Part shown: positions 53,174 through 62,762 of the stretch, one piece after another
Layout: each line of letters opens with the position of its first letter
Position numbering within the stretch: the first letter of the stretch is position 1
NCBI GenBank assembly: GCA_000165345.1
Contig: CM000432.1
Coordinates: 448,001-512,000 of the forward strand
Length of the DNA stretch: 64,000 bases
Direction: 5' to 3'
The notes under the pieces: model-generated
The model's input: the letters and a program-made list of their open reading frames with translations, nothing else
Databases searched by the model: none
What the model was told of the DNA's origin: nothing
Position numbers and translations under genes: made by a program

Positions 53174-54199
53174 TTATTTTGTCCGAAATGATCCTCTTGC
53201 CGGAGAAATTGATTGCTCTTCGTAGTCTAATTGTTTAATATTTGATAATTCTAAACCTACTAAATTGTGAATATTGGCATTATCATAATTGGACTCTCCT
53301 TTGCTCGTATTTTCTTTTTCTTCTTTTATTTTATTTTTTTTTGCAGCTATTTTTTTCCGATCTGCAACTATCCAGTCTACAGACGAAACAATTTGTCTGC
53401 AAAAGTCATCCGTATTACAGCAACAACAAATTCCTGGCTTATTTTTACTAGTTTCATCTTCTATAACAATCTTTGTAAGATATTCGTAAGTTGTAACCCC
53501 TCTGAAAACCAAATAACAGTGTAATACAAAGAGGTGTCCATTTAAAATTAACAAAGGAATATCAATAGCCAGTATTAATACTCCTATGGTGTAAAACGTT
53601 ATTGGAGACCAAAAATAAAGTCTTGAATTCCAATAGATATATGTGTTATTATTTATAGTTTCCATTATTATCGAAGATATTGTTGCTATAATAATCATAA
53701 TAAGGAGCATTGTCACAAAAAACAAAAGCAAAAAGAAATGCCGATAATTTTTTTCGCCAATACAAGTATTAAGCCACTTGCAGTGATGGTCATAGCGTGG
53801 GATACATTTATTACAAAGTTTGCAATGTTTACTATTTTCCTCAAAAAATAAATGGCAAATCTTACACTCACTGCAGTTAAGGTTCGATGAGTTAAATAAA
53901 GAGTCTTCTTCAGAATAGCCGGGATTAATAGCTGTTACTTTCCATCCTAATGTAAAGACAATTATGCAAAGTATTGCAGAAATTATTCCGATAATAGTAG
54001 CTAGCAATAGTGGTAGAGAGGGAATAACAAACGTATAATACGCCAAAATGTTTGAGCCAAATAATGCCCAAATCAGAATTTGTAATGCAACGAATGGCTT
54101 TTGAAATCCATTTTTTCTAATAATTTCATTTTCGAGATCTTCCTCTAAAATACAGCATGGTGTCTTAGATTTATTAAAAGCATTATCACTATCATTCAT
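53174..54199 (-). CDS. DHHC-type protein S-acyltransferase (palmitoyltransferase)
   Basis: The DHHC-CRD reads CKLCNKCIPRYDHHCKWLNTCIGEKNYRHFF and is flanked by four TM helices. The first ATG in frame is at 54199; the track start at 54238 is a TTG. Confidence 0.8.
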   Translation of the reverse strand: MNDSDNAFNKSKTPCCILEEDLENEIIRKNGFQKPFVALQILIWALFGSNILAYYTFVIPSLPLLLATIIGIISAILCIIVFTLGWKVTAINPGYSEEDSLFNSSNLNCSECKICHLFFEENSKHCKLCNKCIPRYDHHCKWLNTCIGEKNYRHFFLLLFFVTMLLIMIIIATISSIIMETINNNTYIYWNSRLYFWSPITFYTIGVLILAIDIPLLILNGHLFVLHCYLVFRGVTTYEYLTKIVIEDETSKNKPGICCCCNTDDFCRQIVSSVDWIVADRKKIAAKKNKIKEEKENTSKGESNYDNANIHNLVGLELSNIKQLDYEEQSISPARGSFRTK

Positions 54200-54572
54200 C
54201 CCAAACTCAAAAAATCTGCCCCAAAATATTATATGCAACAGTAAAAAATAGATTTATTTCAGGAAAGTTGCTTTTGAACTTTAAAGGTAACTCAGTGATT
54301 TGCCGCCGCAACCCCTCAACAGTGCTATCTTATTTAAAACAAAAACTTAAGCATTATAAACTGATAGAGTGCAATTAGTATTGAGTGAACGACTAAAAAA
54401 CTATATTATATATGTTTCCGCACCAGTAAGATCGTATATTACTAATGAAATTTAAAGTTACTACTTAGTGATATCAAACATAAAAATTTTAAACATGTTC
54501 TAGCTAGAAAACATTTGCCATATAATTTACGATAAATTATCGCTAATACTACACAATTAATTTTTTATGTAG

Positions 54573-56324
54573 TCAGTTGGTGATTGCTTCATACTTGTTT
54601 TTTGCAGCAACTGTAAAATGATGATTAGGGCCTGTTAATATACTGAGATAGCACCATGTGTCGTAGTAATATCTTTGTATTGCAGAAATTTCTTGATTGG
54701 TTTTGGATTTACCTTTATGACGTTCATCTTGCAATATGCTAAGAATGTCCCCTAGTTCCTCAGTTATCCATGCCAATGTATAGGTACAATCTGGGAGGAC
54801 ATTTCTTACGAAATTCAGCCTATTATATAGACAAGAAAGTGCAAATGAAAACTGCTGGGACTCTTTGTATGCTTCAAAAAGCATAGTATCTAATTCGTAC
54901 ATAATCCAGTGCTGAGTAAACACTTTTTGAGCCTCTTGATATACTGCTTCAACATCCTCAACATCATTCTTATCTGTCTCTTCCAGTCTTGCAACATACT
55001 GTGATTCAAGATCAGTATAGCTATCAATAATTTCCCTATCAGGCTGAGATCTGCAGACGGAACATCTACTTGATCTTGTTACTCCATTTTCATCCTCCTT
55101 GAAAAACATGCTTCCAACTCCGCAAGAGGCGCACTTCAACCCTCTAGAAAGATCTGTGGGATTGTTACATCTCTCGCATTGGCAATAAAATAACCAATTG
55201 CTAAGTAATTCTCTTCTAGTTTTAGAACATTTAAATAAATCATCATCAGATATGTAAGATATTGTTATTTCGTCTCCAACTTCTAAACGCGTCTTTGCTC
55301 TTAAAACAAATGTATTATCTACGCCATAGTGCCAGCAACAGCTTGCTCCGCAGTTATGAGCCATCATACTGATTACATTATATAAAACTATTCCATTATT
55401 TGAAGTATGATTGAATGAATTAAACCTCCAAGCATTCAAGGTTCTTTCATATAAATGCGGATCAACATCTATCCCAGTATTTTCTATAATTTTTTGAACA
55501 TCATAACTTGGTTCGGCAGAAGGATCTGGGACCCATTTATCTAAACAAATAGCTTTATCTTCTTCTTCAAGCATTGTTAATGTACACAAAGCTGCTACGT
55601 GCCACAGAGGAGGAAGAGTAAAAGTCTCTTTTGAATTCATATCTTCTAAGAACTCTGATAGTTCTGGAGCAAGTTCTGGAGTGACTACAAGCAACGGGCT
55701 TTCTGCAAAAATAATATCGCCGGGATTAAAACACTTTCGTGCATATAAGCATCTTCCTTTGCTTTCAGTGTATCTCACCTCAACACTCTCATGAATGCTC
55801 TCCAGATCCCATGGTTGAATTAGTTCATCAGGAACAACGTCTGCCTCGTCAATATTATGTTCATCGGTTGCAATCCCTCCTTCTTCGTCAACAGCCAACT
55901 CTTCTAATTCTGCATCATCATCGTTAAACCCAAATTCCCTGGCTTCAACTCCTTCGTTAACACTAAATGCTTCTTTGAAGTGATATCTAATCATTTCTGG
56001 GTAAATAGAGACGTCATCGTTTTTGTTTTTCATCCTGTAGTAACTCTCATCTTCATTATTATCAAATGCTCGATCAAACGACTCATCCTCATCTACTTCT
56101 CCTTCCTCTCCTTCCTCTCCTTCCTCTTCTTCAACTTCATCTTCCAAGTCTTCTTCATGATATTCATATCCATCCTCTTCATCATAATCCGAGTCAGCAT
56201 CTTGTTCTTTTTTTATTAAAGTTTTTTTGTATTCTGCAGTAGATAAAGTTACCCATCTATCATCTCCAAAATCAACTACTGGCCTCAACTTTGTACCTGT
56301 ATTATTTTCATAATATGACGACAT
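54573..56324 (-). CDS. SET-domain lysine methyltransferase with an acidic N-terminal region (SMYD/SETD-like)
   Basis: The SET core block reads GRCLYARKCFNPGDIIFAESPLLVV. The SET C-terminal signature is MMAHNCGASCCWHYGVDNTFVLRAKTRLEVGDEITISY. A post-SET Cys cluster CQCERCNNP...CASCG...CSVCRS follows. An acidic E/D/G repeat sits at the N-terminus. The gene is GC-richer than average. Confidence 0.7.
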   Translation of the reverse strand: MSSYYENNTGTKLRPVVDFGDDRWVTLSTAEYKKTLIKKEQDADSDYDEEDGYEYHEEDLEDEVEEEEGEEGEEGEVDEDESFDRAFDNNEDESYYRMKNKNDDVSIYPEMIRYHFKEAFSVNEGVEAREFGFNDDDAELEELAVDEEGGIATDEHNIDEADVVPDELIQPWDLESIHESVEVRYTESKGRCLYARKCFNPGDIIFAESPLLVVTPELAPELSEFLEDMNSKETFTLPPLWHVAALCTLTMLEEEDKAICLDKWVPDPSAEPSYDVQKIIENTGIDVDPHLYERTLNAWRFNSFNHTSNNGIVLYNVISMMAHNCGASCCWHYGVDNTFVLRAKTRLEVGDEITISYISDDDLFKCSKTRRELLSNWLFYCQCERCNNPTDLSRGLKCASCGVGSMFFKEDENGVTRSSRCSVCRSQPDREIIDSYTDLESQYVARLEETDKNDVEDVEAVYQEAQKVFTQHWIMYELDTMLFEAYKESQQFSFALSCLYNRLNFVRNVLPDCTYTLAWITEELGDILSILQDERHKGKSKTNQEISAIQRYYYDTWCYLSILTGPNHHFTVAAKNKYEAITN

Positions 56325-57021
56325 AATTCAATTTTAATTATAAATTGAGATAATTGCTCACTACTGCTTTCTTAGTGCACTTTTGCAAACTATTGTTCGT
56401 TTCCTTTGACGGGTACAATCGATTAATTCCTCTAAATAATTTAACTAATAGCAATAAATCCATATATTTTATATTGTAAGAAAGAATACTTTCCAGGTAT
56501 TATCTAGTTAGTATTATGCCTTTCGATCAAATAACCTGTCATTTTATACTTTATTAAATGTACTTGTTATGCACCTTTTTTGCCGCCTGTGAGTTTATTG
56601 CCCGCTGAAAAAAAGACGGGAAGAGCATGCTTGATCATTTTATCCAAATAGCTATCCTATAAACGTTTTTGTGTGATCAACCAAAACTTTATCAGAGTTT
56701 GTTTTTAATGTGTGTGCGTTTTTAGGGCTTAACAAACATTAATTAATAGGAATGATTTTAGAAAATTTGTGTTGATTTAGGCATCACTATTGCTCTTTAA
56801 TAATCGATTATAATTTATAGAGCGGCGCGCGATAATTTGTTTGTAAAATATTCCTCTATTTATATAACTTGTAAGGTTAGAATAAAAATATAATTTGCAT
56901 TAATTATTTATATCTTTAAAGTATATCAAGTTCGATTAAATAAAAGGTGATAATTTAATTGTTTTTTAATACTTATTTCCACTTGATATTGCTGGTAAAT
57001 TGAATTCATATCGGAAACTAA

Positions 57022-57285
57022 ATGGCAAAAAAAAACGATAAGAATAAGAAAAAAAGATACATTGAGTGGTTGAAAGAAGTGGAGAAGGACAGTAGAAAAA
57101 GAGCAGAAGTGAATGCCATGAAAAGACAAAATATGAAAAGCAAAACTGAGAATATAATTAATGGCCAAAAAGATGTATGCATGAATATAGTTAAGGTAAA
57201 GAAGAAGAAGGTTAAATTAGACAGGAAAGGCCAAAAAAGACTAAATAAACTATCTGGTAAGTTTCTTTTTATTAATCTCTCTTGA
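57022..57285 (+). CDS. possible small lysine-rich basic protein (about 87 aa)
   Basis: An ATG-initiated 87-codon frame, MAKKNDKNKKKRYIEWLKEVEKDSRKRAEV...VKKKKVKLDRKGQKRLNKLSG. It ends at a GTAAGT, so it may be spliced to a short downstream exon (57326..57360). No family is recognised and it could be spurious. Confidence 0.3.
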   Translation: MAKKNDKNKKKRYIEWLKEVEKDSRKRAEVNAMKRQNMKSKTENIINGQKDVCMNIVKVKKKKVKLDRKGQKRLNKLSGKFLFINLS

Positions 57286-57734
57286 TTCAATCAAATTAAT
57301 TCGTGAATTAATGTCTAATTTTAAGGTATTAAGAAGAGTAATACCTCAATGGATTTATAAGGTAGCTTTTTATATAATAGCAAAATTATGTAGCTTAACT
57401 CCAAATAATAGTGATTTTTAATAAATTATTTCATTTAATTATTTTTTTGATCGCTTTTATTTTAGTTACCCTCTGTGGGGGAAAAAATTAATAAGTGGAG
57501 CCAAAAAATATTGGTAACTGAAGAAAATTTTTCTACTCTAGAAAGTGATTTCATTGAGTTTCATACTTTGTATTATTGAATTTTGCTTCAGATGGTGATC
57601 ATTATATTGTTTTAATATTGCCATTAAGTCTCAAATTAAGTAGTAGTTAATTTAAATGAATGTACATGTGTACATTTATATGCATATATATAGATAAAAT
57701 ATAAGAGAATTAAATAAATATTTTAATAAAGAGA

Positions 57735-59069
57735 ATGAAGTCTGACAAGCCTTCGTATTCTGAAAAAAATGGTTTACCAAATATTTGCATGGTATCTGAC
57801 TTTTTTTATCCTGGTTTAGGCGGAGTTGAAATGCACATTTATGAATTATCTCAATGTTTGATGGTCCGTGGATATAAGGTTATTGTTGTTACTCACAGCA
57901 GGAATGATAGATATGGCGTTAGATATATGGGTATTGGCCTGAAAGTTTATTATTTGCCCTACAAAAGTATCTATGATAATGTTGTTTATCCTTCTTTATT
58001 TACCCTATTCCCTTTATTCAGGCAGATCCTTATCAGAGAAAAAATAGATATTGTTCATGGCCATCAATCAGTTTCAATGCTAGCACTAGAATGCTTATTT
58101 CATGCCACTACAATGGGATACAGAGTGGTATTTACTGATCATTCATTATTTGGACTTTCAAATTATGATTCAATTCACGCGAATAATTTTTTTAGGATAA
58201 ATTTATCCTGTATTGACAATGTGATTTGTGTTTCACACACAAACAAGAAAAATTTGATATATAGATCATTAATTTCTCCAAAAAATGTCACTGTAATACC
58301 AAATGCAATAGATAGCAATGATTTTTTACCCAATCCAAATTACAAGTCTCCAATAAATAATGAAGTCATTGTTATTTCAATTTGCAGAATGACTTATAGG
58401 AAGGGCGTTGATCTACTTGTCGAAATAATTCCAAGAATATGCAACAGCGACCCGAATGTAAGATTCATACTAGGAGGAGACGGCCCAAAAAAACATTTAT
58501 TACATGAAATGTGTAAAAAGTACAATCTTTCGAATAGAGTTGAACTTCTTGGTTCTGTTCCTCACACACAAGTTTGTCGAGTTTTGCAAAGAGGACATAT
58601 TTTTTTAAATACATCTTTGACGGAAGCGTTTGGAATCAGTATTATTGAGGCAGCATCATGTGGTCTGCTTGTTGTTTCTTCAAATGTAGGAGGTATTCCC
58701 GAAATTCTTCCTCAAGAATTCCTTAGGCTTTCAAACCCTTCTATTTCAAATATGGTGAACGAGCTTAAAATTGCAGTAAATATTATTAGAGAAGGAAAAT
58801 TTGATCCATATTCATCACATAAGAAAATCTCAGCAATGTATTCATGGCATGACATTGCAAAGAGGACAGTTTCTGTATATCAGAAGTCGAATCAAGTTGA
58901 TATTATTGGTACTAAGGAAAGAATATTACGTATATATAAGACAGGGAATTTAATAGGAAAGATATTTGCTCTAATAGCAGCGCTAGATTATTTTATTTGG
59001 TTCTTTCTAGAGTTTTTCTACCCAAAAGAATCAATCGAGCATTGCATCGATTTTCCTGGAATCTCTTAG
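57735..59069 (+). CDS. PIGA: phosphatidylinositol N-acetylglucosaminyltransferase catalytic subunit (PIG-A/GPI3)
   Basis: The N-terminus is a GT4 fold (ICMVSDFFYPGLGGVEMHIYELSQCLMVRGYKVIVVTH). The C-terminus has the nucleotide-sugar binding EX7E region (LNTSLTEAFGISIIEAASCGLLVVSSNVGGIPEIL), plus a C-terminal TM helix. It is colinear with PIG-A over 444 aa. Confidence 0.9.
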   Translation: MKSDKPSYSEKNGLPNICMVSDFFYPGLGGVEMHIYELSQCLMVRGYKVIVVTHSRNDRYGVRYMGIGLKVYYLPYKSIYDNVVYPSLFTLFPLFRQILIREKIDIVHGHQSVSMLALECLFHATTMGYRVVFTDHSLFGLSNYDSIHANNFFRINLSCIDNVICVSHTNKKNLIYRSLISPKNVTVIPNAIDSNDFLPNPNYKSPINNEVIVISICRMTYRKGVDLLVEIIPRICNSDPNVRFILGGDGPKKHLLHEMCKKYNLSNRVELLGSVPHTQVCRVLQRGHIFLNTSLTEAFGISIIEAASCGLLVVSSNVGGIPEILPQEFLRLSNPSISNMVNELKIAVNIIREGKFDPYSSHKKISAMYSWHDIAKRTVSVYQKSNQVDIIGTKERILRIYKTGNLIGKIFALIAALDYFIWFFLEFFYPKESIEHCIDFPGIS

Positions 59070-59174
59070 ATTTAATATCTTGTATATTAATGTTAAGTAT
59101 TATCAAAATTTTTCTATTTCTCTCCACAAATATTCAGCGTTGCTAACTTTGTCTAAGAGCTTTATTTATTTAGC

Positions 59175-59863
59175 TTATTTATAATTTGGAAACTTACTGT
59201 TTTCATGAATTTGTAGTTGAAATGTCTCGGTTTTTGTCGGGTAATTTACTGGAATAAAGTGGCCTTGTATAAAAGATTCGGAAATCAATGACCAAGTTAT
59301 CATAGAAATACTCTGATACATTTTTTTTTTTGCATACAACACATCCTCTGAATCTCTCATCGATTTTAATAGATTCTTCTTTTTTTCTAATAATAATGCA
59401 TACCTACTATGAACACTTGACAATTCTTTCTCGATCTCCTCACATTTTGATGACATCAAGGCACTGCGTTTATTGTCTTCTTTAAAATTGTTGTAAATTT
59501 CATTACCACTATTATTACATATATTTTCTCCATTTTCAAGTTCCTCTAAGTAGCTATTTTCTATTGATTTGATATCTAGAAGAATATATTTAGTAAATTA
59601 TTGTAAATAAATAATGTATTAAACTAACCATCAATTAGCATCTGCAGCTTGTCATAAGTAGATTTAATATAATTTTCTAGCTCAGCAATTTCATTTTGGA
59701 TCTGAGATAGAACATCTGTTTCGCCCCCTAAATGTTCATAAATACCAGCTATTTCCTGTGTTAACAGTATTATCTCTTTAATATTTTCATTAAATTGAGG
59801 CGAAATAGACATTTTTCTAACTCCTCTCCCAACCCTATTTCTATCTTGAATTGATTCAAACAT
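59175..59863 (-). CDS. coiled-coil protein, 2 exons
   Basis: Exon 1 is 59629..59863, with the first ATG at 59863 and an alternative ATG at 59812. A 53-nt intron at 59576..59628 runs GTTAGT...TTCTTCTAG. Exon 2 is 59175..59575. The splice joins the two separate track ORFs in frame (...DKLQMLID/DIKSIENSYLEELENG...ALMSSKCEEIEKEL...). Confidence 0.5.
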
Positions 59864-60102
59864 TAAAAGAATTAAAATAAATTGATTTTTTGCTTGAAAC
59901 CTCAATATGAATTTCTGATTTCAAAGAATCAAGTTGATTCTTTTGTATTTCAATATTTAAAAAATAATTCTATCCACTTAAAAAACTACGCCCGCATATC
60001 GATTTTATTTGTCATTTGCATGTAAAGTAAACTTACAAATAAGGACACAAAAAATAAATATATGAAATTATTTAAGAATTAATAGCAATATTGAAAGTAA
60101 TA

Positions 60103-62010
60103 TTATTGATCAACTCCGCCATTTACAATTTCGACATTAACCTTCTCTGATCCTTGAGGGCTGTCCTTGATATCTGGCAAATTCGTTCTGTAAGCTGTAC
60201 TATTTTGGTATTTATTCAGAAGAGAGAGGCCCATTCCCCTGGTAAAGTCGGGATCAATAAATACTGCTTGATTTTCAATTCCGCCGATATTTTTTCCTCT
60301 TCTAATTTTCGCGTAACCCTTCTTTCCCCAATTAGCTCCCCACGAGTTTCGAATAATCCAATATGGAATACCATTTTCTTCACCCCAGCCTACAATAGCA
60401 ATAGCGTGATTGGTGTATTCCCATCCATTTAATTGCTTATTTGGTAAGTCGCAATATTTGGTATGATCATTAGGTATTGAGTCATATACCCCATTATCGT
60501 ATACCAATAAGGATGTATCTATATGCATTGCAACTGCTATCGGACCATTCTTAAATATTTCTTCTTTCATCCTATCTTCATCGCAGCAACCATAGCAACC
60601 GCCTACATAGCCATATTCTTCCGCATACATTCTTTCACCTTCTTCACAGTAAATTCGGTCTTCAATTTCAGGTGTTATAAATGGCGAAAAATTACATTCC
60701 TGATTTGAATCCGCATAGTATCCCATACACTTTTCCGACGATATTCCTATTTCTTCAGCTTGTCTGCCGACCAAAAATGGATAGCCACCCTCGCATCCTT
60801 GATTAAAAGGAGAACATGAAAGAACTGATTGTGGTGAAAGCAAAATTTTTTCTTCTCTCGAAGCTCCATTTGTCAATTTGTTTAATTTCAACTCTGCTCT
60901 TTTTGCTAAAATATAAACAGAAGATACAGCATAACATGAACCACAATTACCTTGATTAAATGGAAAATCACTATATTTCTCGTCTGTAAATGGATCACCA
61001 ATGGAAAACGAGGAGGGCAATTTTACTTCATCAGTTTTCCTCCTGACTACGTTGCATGCAAAAATTGAATCGACAATGTTGTCATAATTATCAACACTCC
61101 CCACTCCGTCCTTAAACATCTCGATGAAAGACGAGTGCTGCGAACCCATAATTCTAAACGGATGTATTTTTCTAAAATTTACAGCATTCATATAATATGA
61201 ATGATGCGAGAAAGCAACATCTGTTAAACTAAAATTGCTTCTTGCCCTCCAGTTTTTTGAATCTTTACGATTATGCCTATGCGCAAACTCCTGCAATGAA
61301 TTAGATAAACTTCTTATACTAGACTCGAAAGATTTCTTGATTGGGATCTCCACCCTATTTTTAATAATATCAAGTGAATTCTCGTAACTTTCATCTTTTC
61401 TGCCACTGACACAACCTCTTTTTTTAGAATCTCTGAGATAATACCAACCAATTTGAATTTGGGACGAGTCAGTTTCATAACACAAAGTTTCACCCTTTGT
61501 CGTCTCATTATCTCCATCCTTTGCACTACAATTTCCATTATTTAATAAGTTATATTTCATTATTCCAAAAATTGTCATATTATTTACGACTATTTCAAAT
61601 CCTTCATCATAAACCATAGTCCATCTCCCGACAACTTTTCCATTTTCGGGGTCTTTAACTGCCAAAAATGTCCAATCGCTCCTTCCTGGAAACATTGATC
61701 TATCTAAATCACTATAATCGTTTTCTGAAAATAAAAGATCAGTTAGTATCAGATCCAGTTTCTCTAATTTGCCGTTTGTTTTTGTAGTGAGCCATTTGTT
61801 ATAATCAGCCAAGCTTGGTTGTAAATTTTGAGTGTTTTTGTTTGGAACCCCTGAACCACAACCATCAATCCAATTATTAGCAGGTTCAGAATATTGAAAT
61901 TCCCATCTTCCTATAATATCTGCGGTTGTAACATGTATTGGCAAGTCGCATTTCACAAATACAATGTAAAAAAAGGCAAGTAGTATGGTCTTTCCCAACG
62001 ACTTAAACAT
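60103..62010 (-). CDS. CTSC: cathepsin C / dipeptidyl-peptidase I-like papain-family cysteine protease (signal peptide, exclusion domain, pro-region, catalytic domain)
   Basis: The signal peptide is MFKSLGKTILLAFFYIVFV. The exclusion-domain start is DLPIHVTTADIIGRWEF, to be compared with DTPANCTYLDLLGTWVF. The catalytic Cys block is QGNCGSCYAVSSVYI, and the His/Asn region is YTNHAIAIVGWGEENGIPYWIIRNSWGANWG. Confidence 0.85.
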   Translation of the reverse strand: MFKSLGKTILLAFFYIVFVKCDLPIHVTTADIIGRWEFQYSEPANNWIDGCGSGVPNKNTQNLQPSLADYNKWLTTKTNGKLEKLDLILTDLLFSENDYSDLDRSMFPGRSDWTFLAVKDPENGKVVGRWTMVYDEGFEIVVNNMTIFGIMKYNLLNNGNCSAKDGDNETTKGETLCYETDSSQIQIGWYYLRDSKKRGCVSGRKDESYENSLDIIKNRVEIPIKKSFESSIRSLSNSLQEFAHRHNRKDSKNWRARSNFSLTDVAFSHHSYYMNAVNFRKIHPFRIMGSQHSSFIEMFKDGVGSVDNYDNIVDSIFACNVVRRKTDEVKLPSSFSIGDPFTDEKYSDFPFNQGNCGSCYAVSSVYILAKRAELKLNKLTNGASREEKILLSPQSVLSCSPFNQGCEGGYPFLVGRQAEEIGISSEKCMGYYADSNQECNFSPFITPEIEDRIYCEEGERMYAEEYGYVGGCYGCCDEDRMKEEIFKNGPIAVAMHIDTSLLVYDNGVYDSIPNDHTKYCDLPNKQLNGWEYTNHAIAIVGWGEENGIPYWIIRNSWGANWGKKGYAKIRRGKNIGGIENQAVFIDPDFTRGMGLSLLNKYQNSTAYRTNLPDIKDSPQGSEKVNVEIVNGGVDQ

Positions 62011-62296
62011 CTCATATAATTCAACACTTTATTTATAATATTTACTTCAAGCTCTATAAATTCTTTTTAGAATTAATTTTTTTAGTTCGAAATTTGCCAT
62101 ATACCAACGAATTCCAATTATTAATAAATATACTCTTTTCTTCGAAATGCAGCTCAAATACTAAAATACCTAATAACTCATTTATTGTTGAACCCGGTTG
62201 GTAATAAAATTTTATATTAAAAATTCCAGCTGCTATATAATCTAGTAATAATTCGAATTACAAAATATTAGTTATATAAGTCTTAAATATTCTAGT

Positions 62297-62331
62297 GCAT
62301 GCATTTTTAGGCGGTATATCTCTTTGCATGC
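62297..62331. promoter_or_regulatory. TGCATGCA plus TGCATGC pair in the divergent promoter region between cathepsin C and the sorting nexin gene
   Basis: Exact reads at 62297..62304 and 62325..62331. Confidence 0.4.
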
Positions 62332-62568
62332 TTGTATTAAAAAAAAAAAAGAGAGAAAAAATTTACCTGTAAAAAGTACATTTAAAAATTAATAACAATT
62401 TACTTCCAAAAACTATTAAAATTTGATTCATAACTTAGAAATAATGCTAATGCCAATATAAAATCTTATATTCAAATATATAAAGTAAAATGTAAGGATA
62501 TTAACTTATTAAATATATTTTTACTATTTTAAACTAGTATTTAAAAAAAAATTAATAAAAAAATTAAC

Positions 62569-62577
62569 ATTGGCGCC
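62569..62577. promoter_or_regulatory. E2F-like site ATTGGCGCC upstream of the sorting nexin gene
   Basis: An exact read, about 190 nt 5' of the ATG at 62763. Confidence 0.45.
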
Positions 62578-62762
62578 TTTACATTGAGGGGTATCAAATT
62601 GTATTCGGATTTTAAAGCACAGTTAGAAAACAAACAATAGTAAATTAATAAAAAAAAACACTTTTAGAGAATATTATTTCAGTATTATAATTGGGAATTA
62701 ATTAACTTCATTTAAAAAGTTTCATTCAACATTAATTTGTTAATTGCATATGAAACTTTAAA

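Noticed and set aside
53242-53524. Three overlapping hydrophobic plus-strand ORFs antisense to the DHHC gene
   Set aside because: They are products of poly-T/poly-A tracts on the antisense strand of a well-supported DHHC CDS. They use TTG/GTG starts and encode F/L/I-rich nonsense.
56926-57290. Minus-strand ORFs 56926..57168 and 57018..57290
   Set aside because: They are F/L-rich antisense translations of an A-rich tract. They overlap the more plausible plus-strand K-rich frame.
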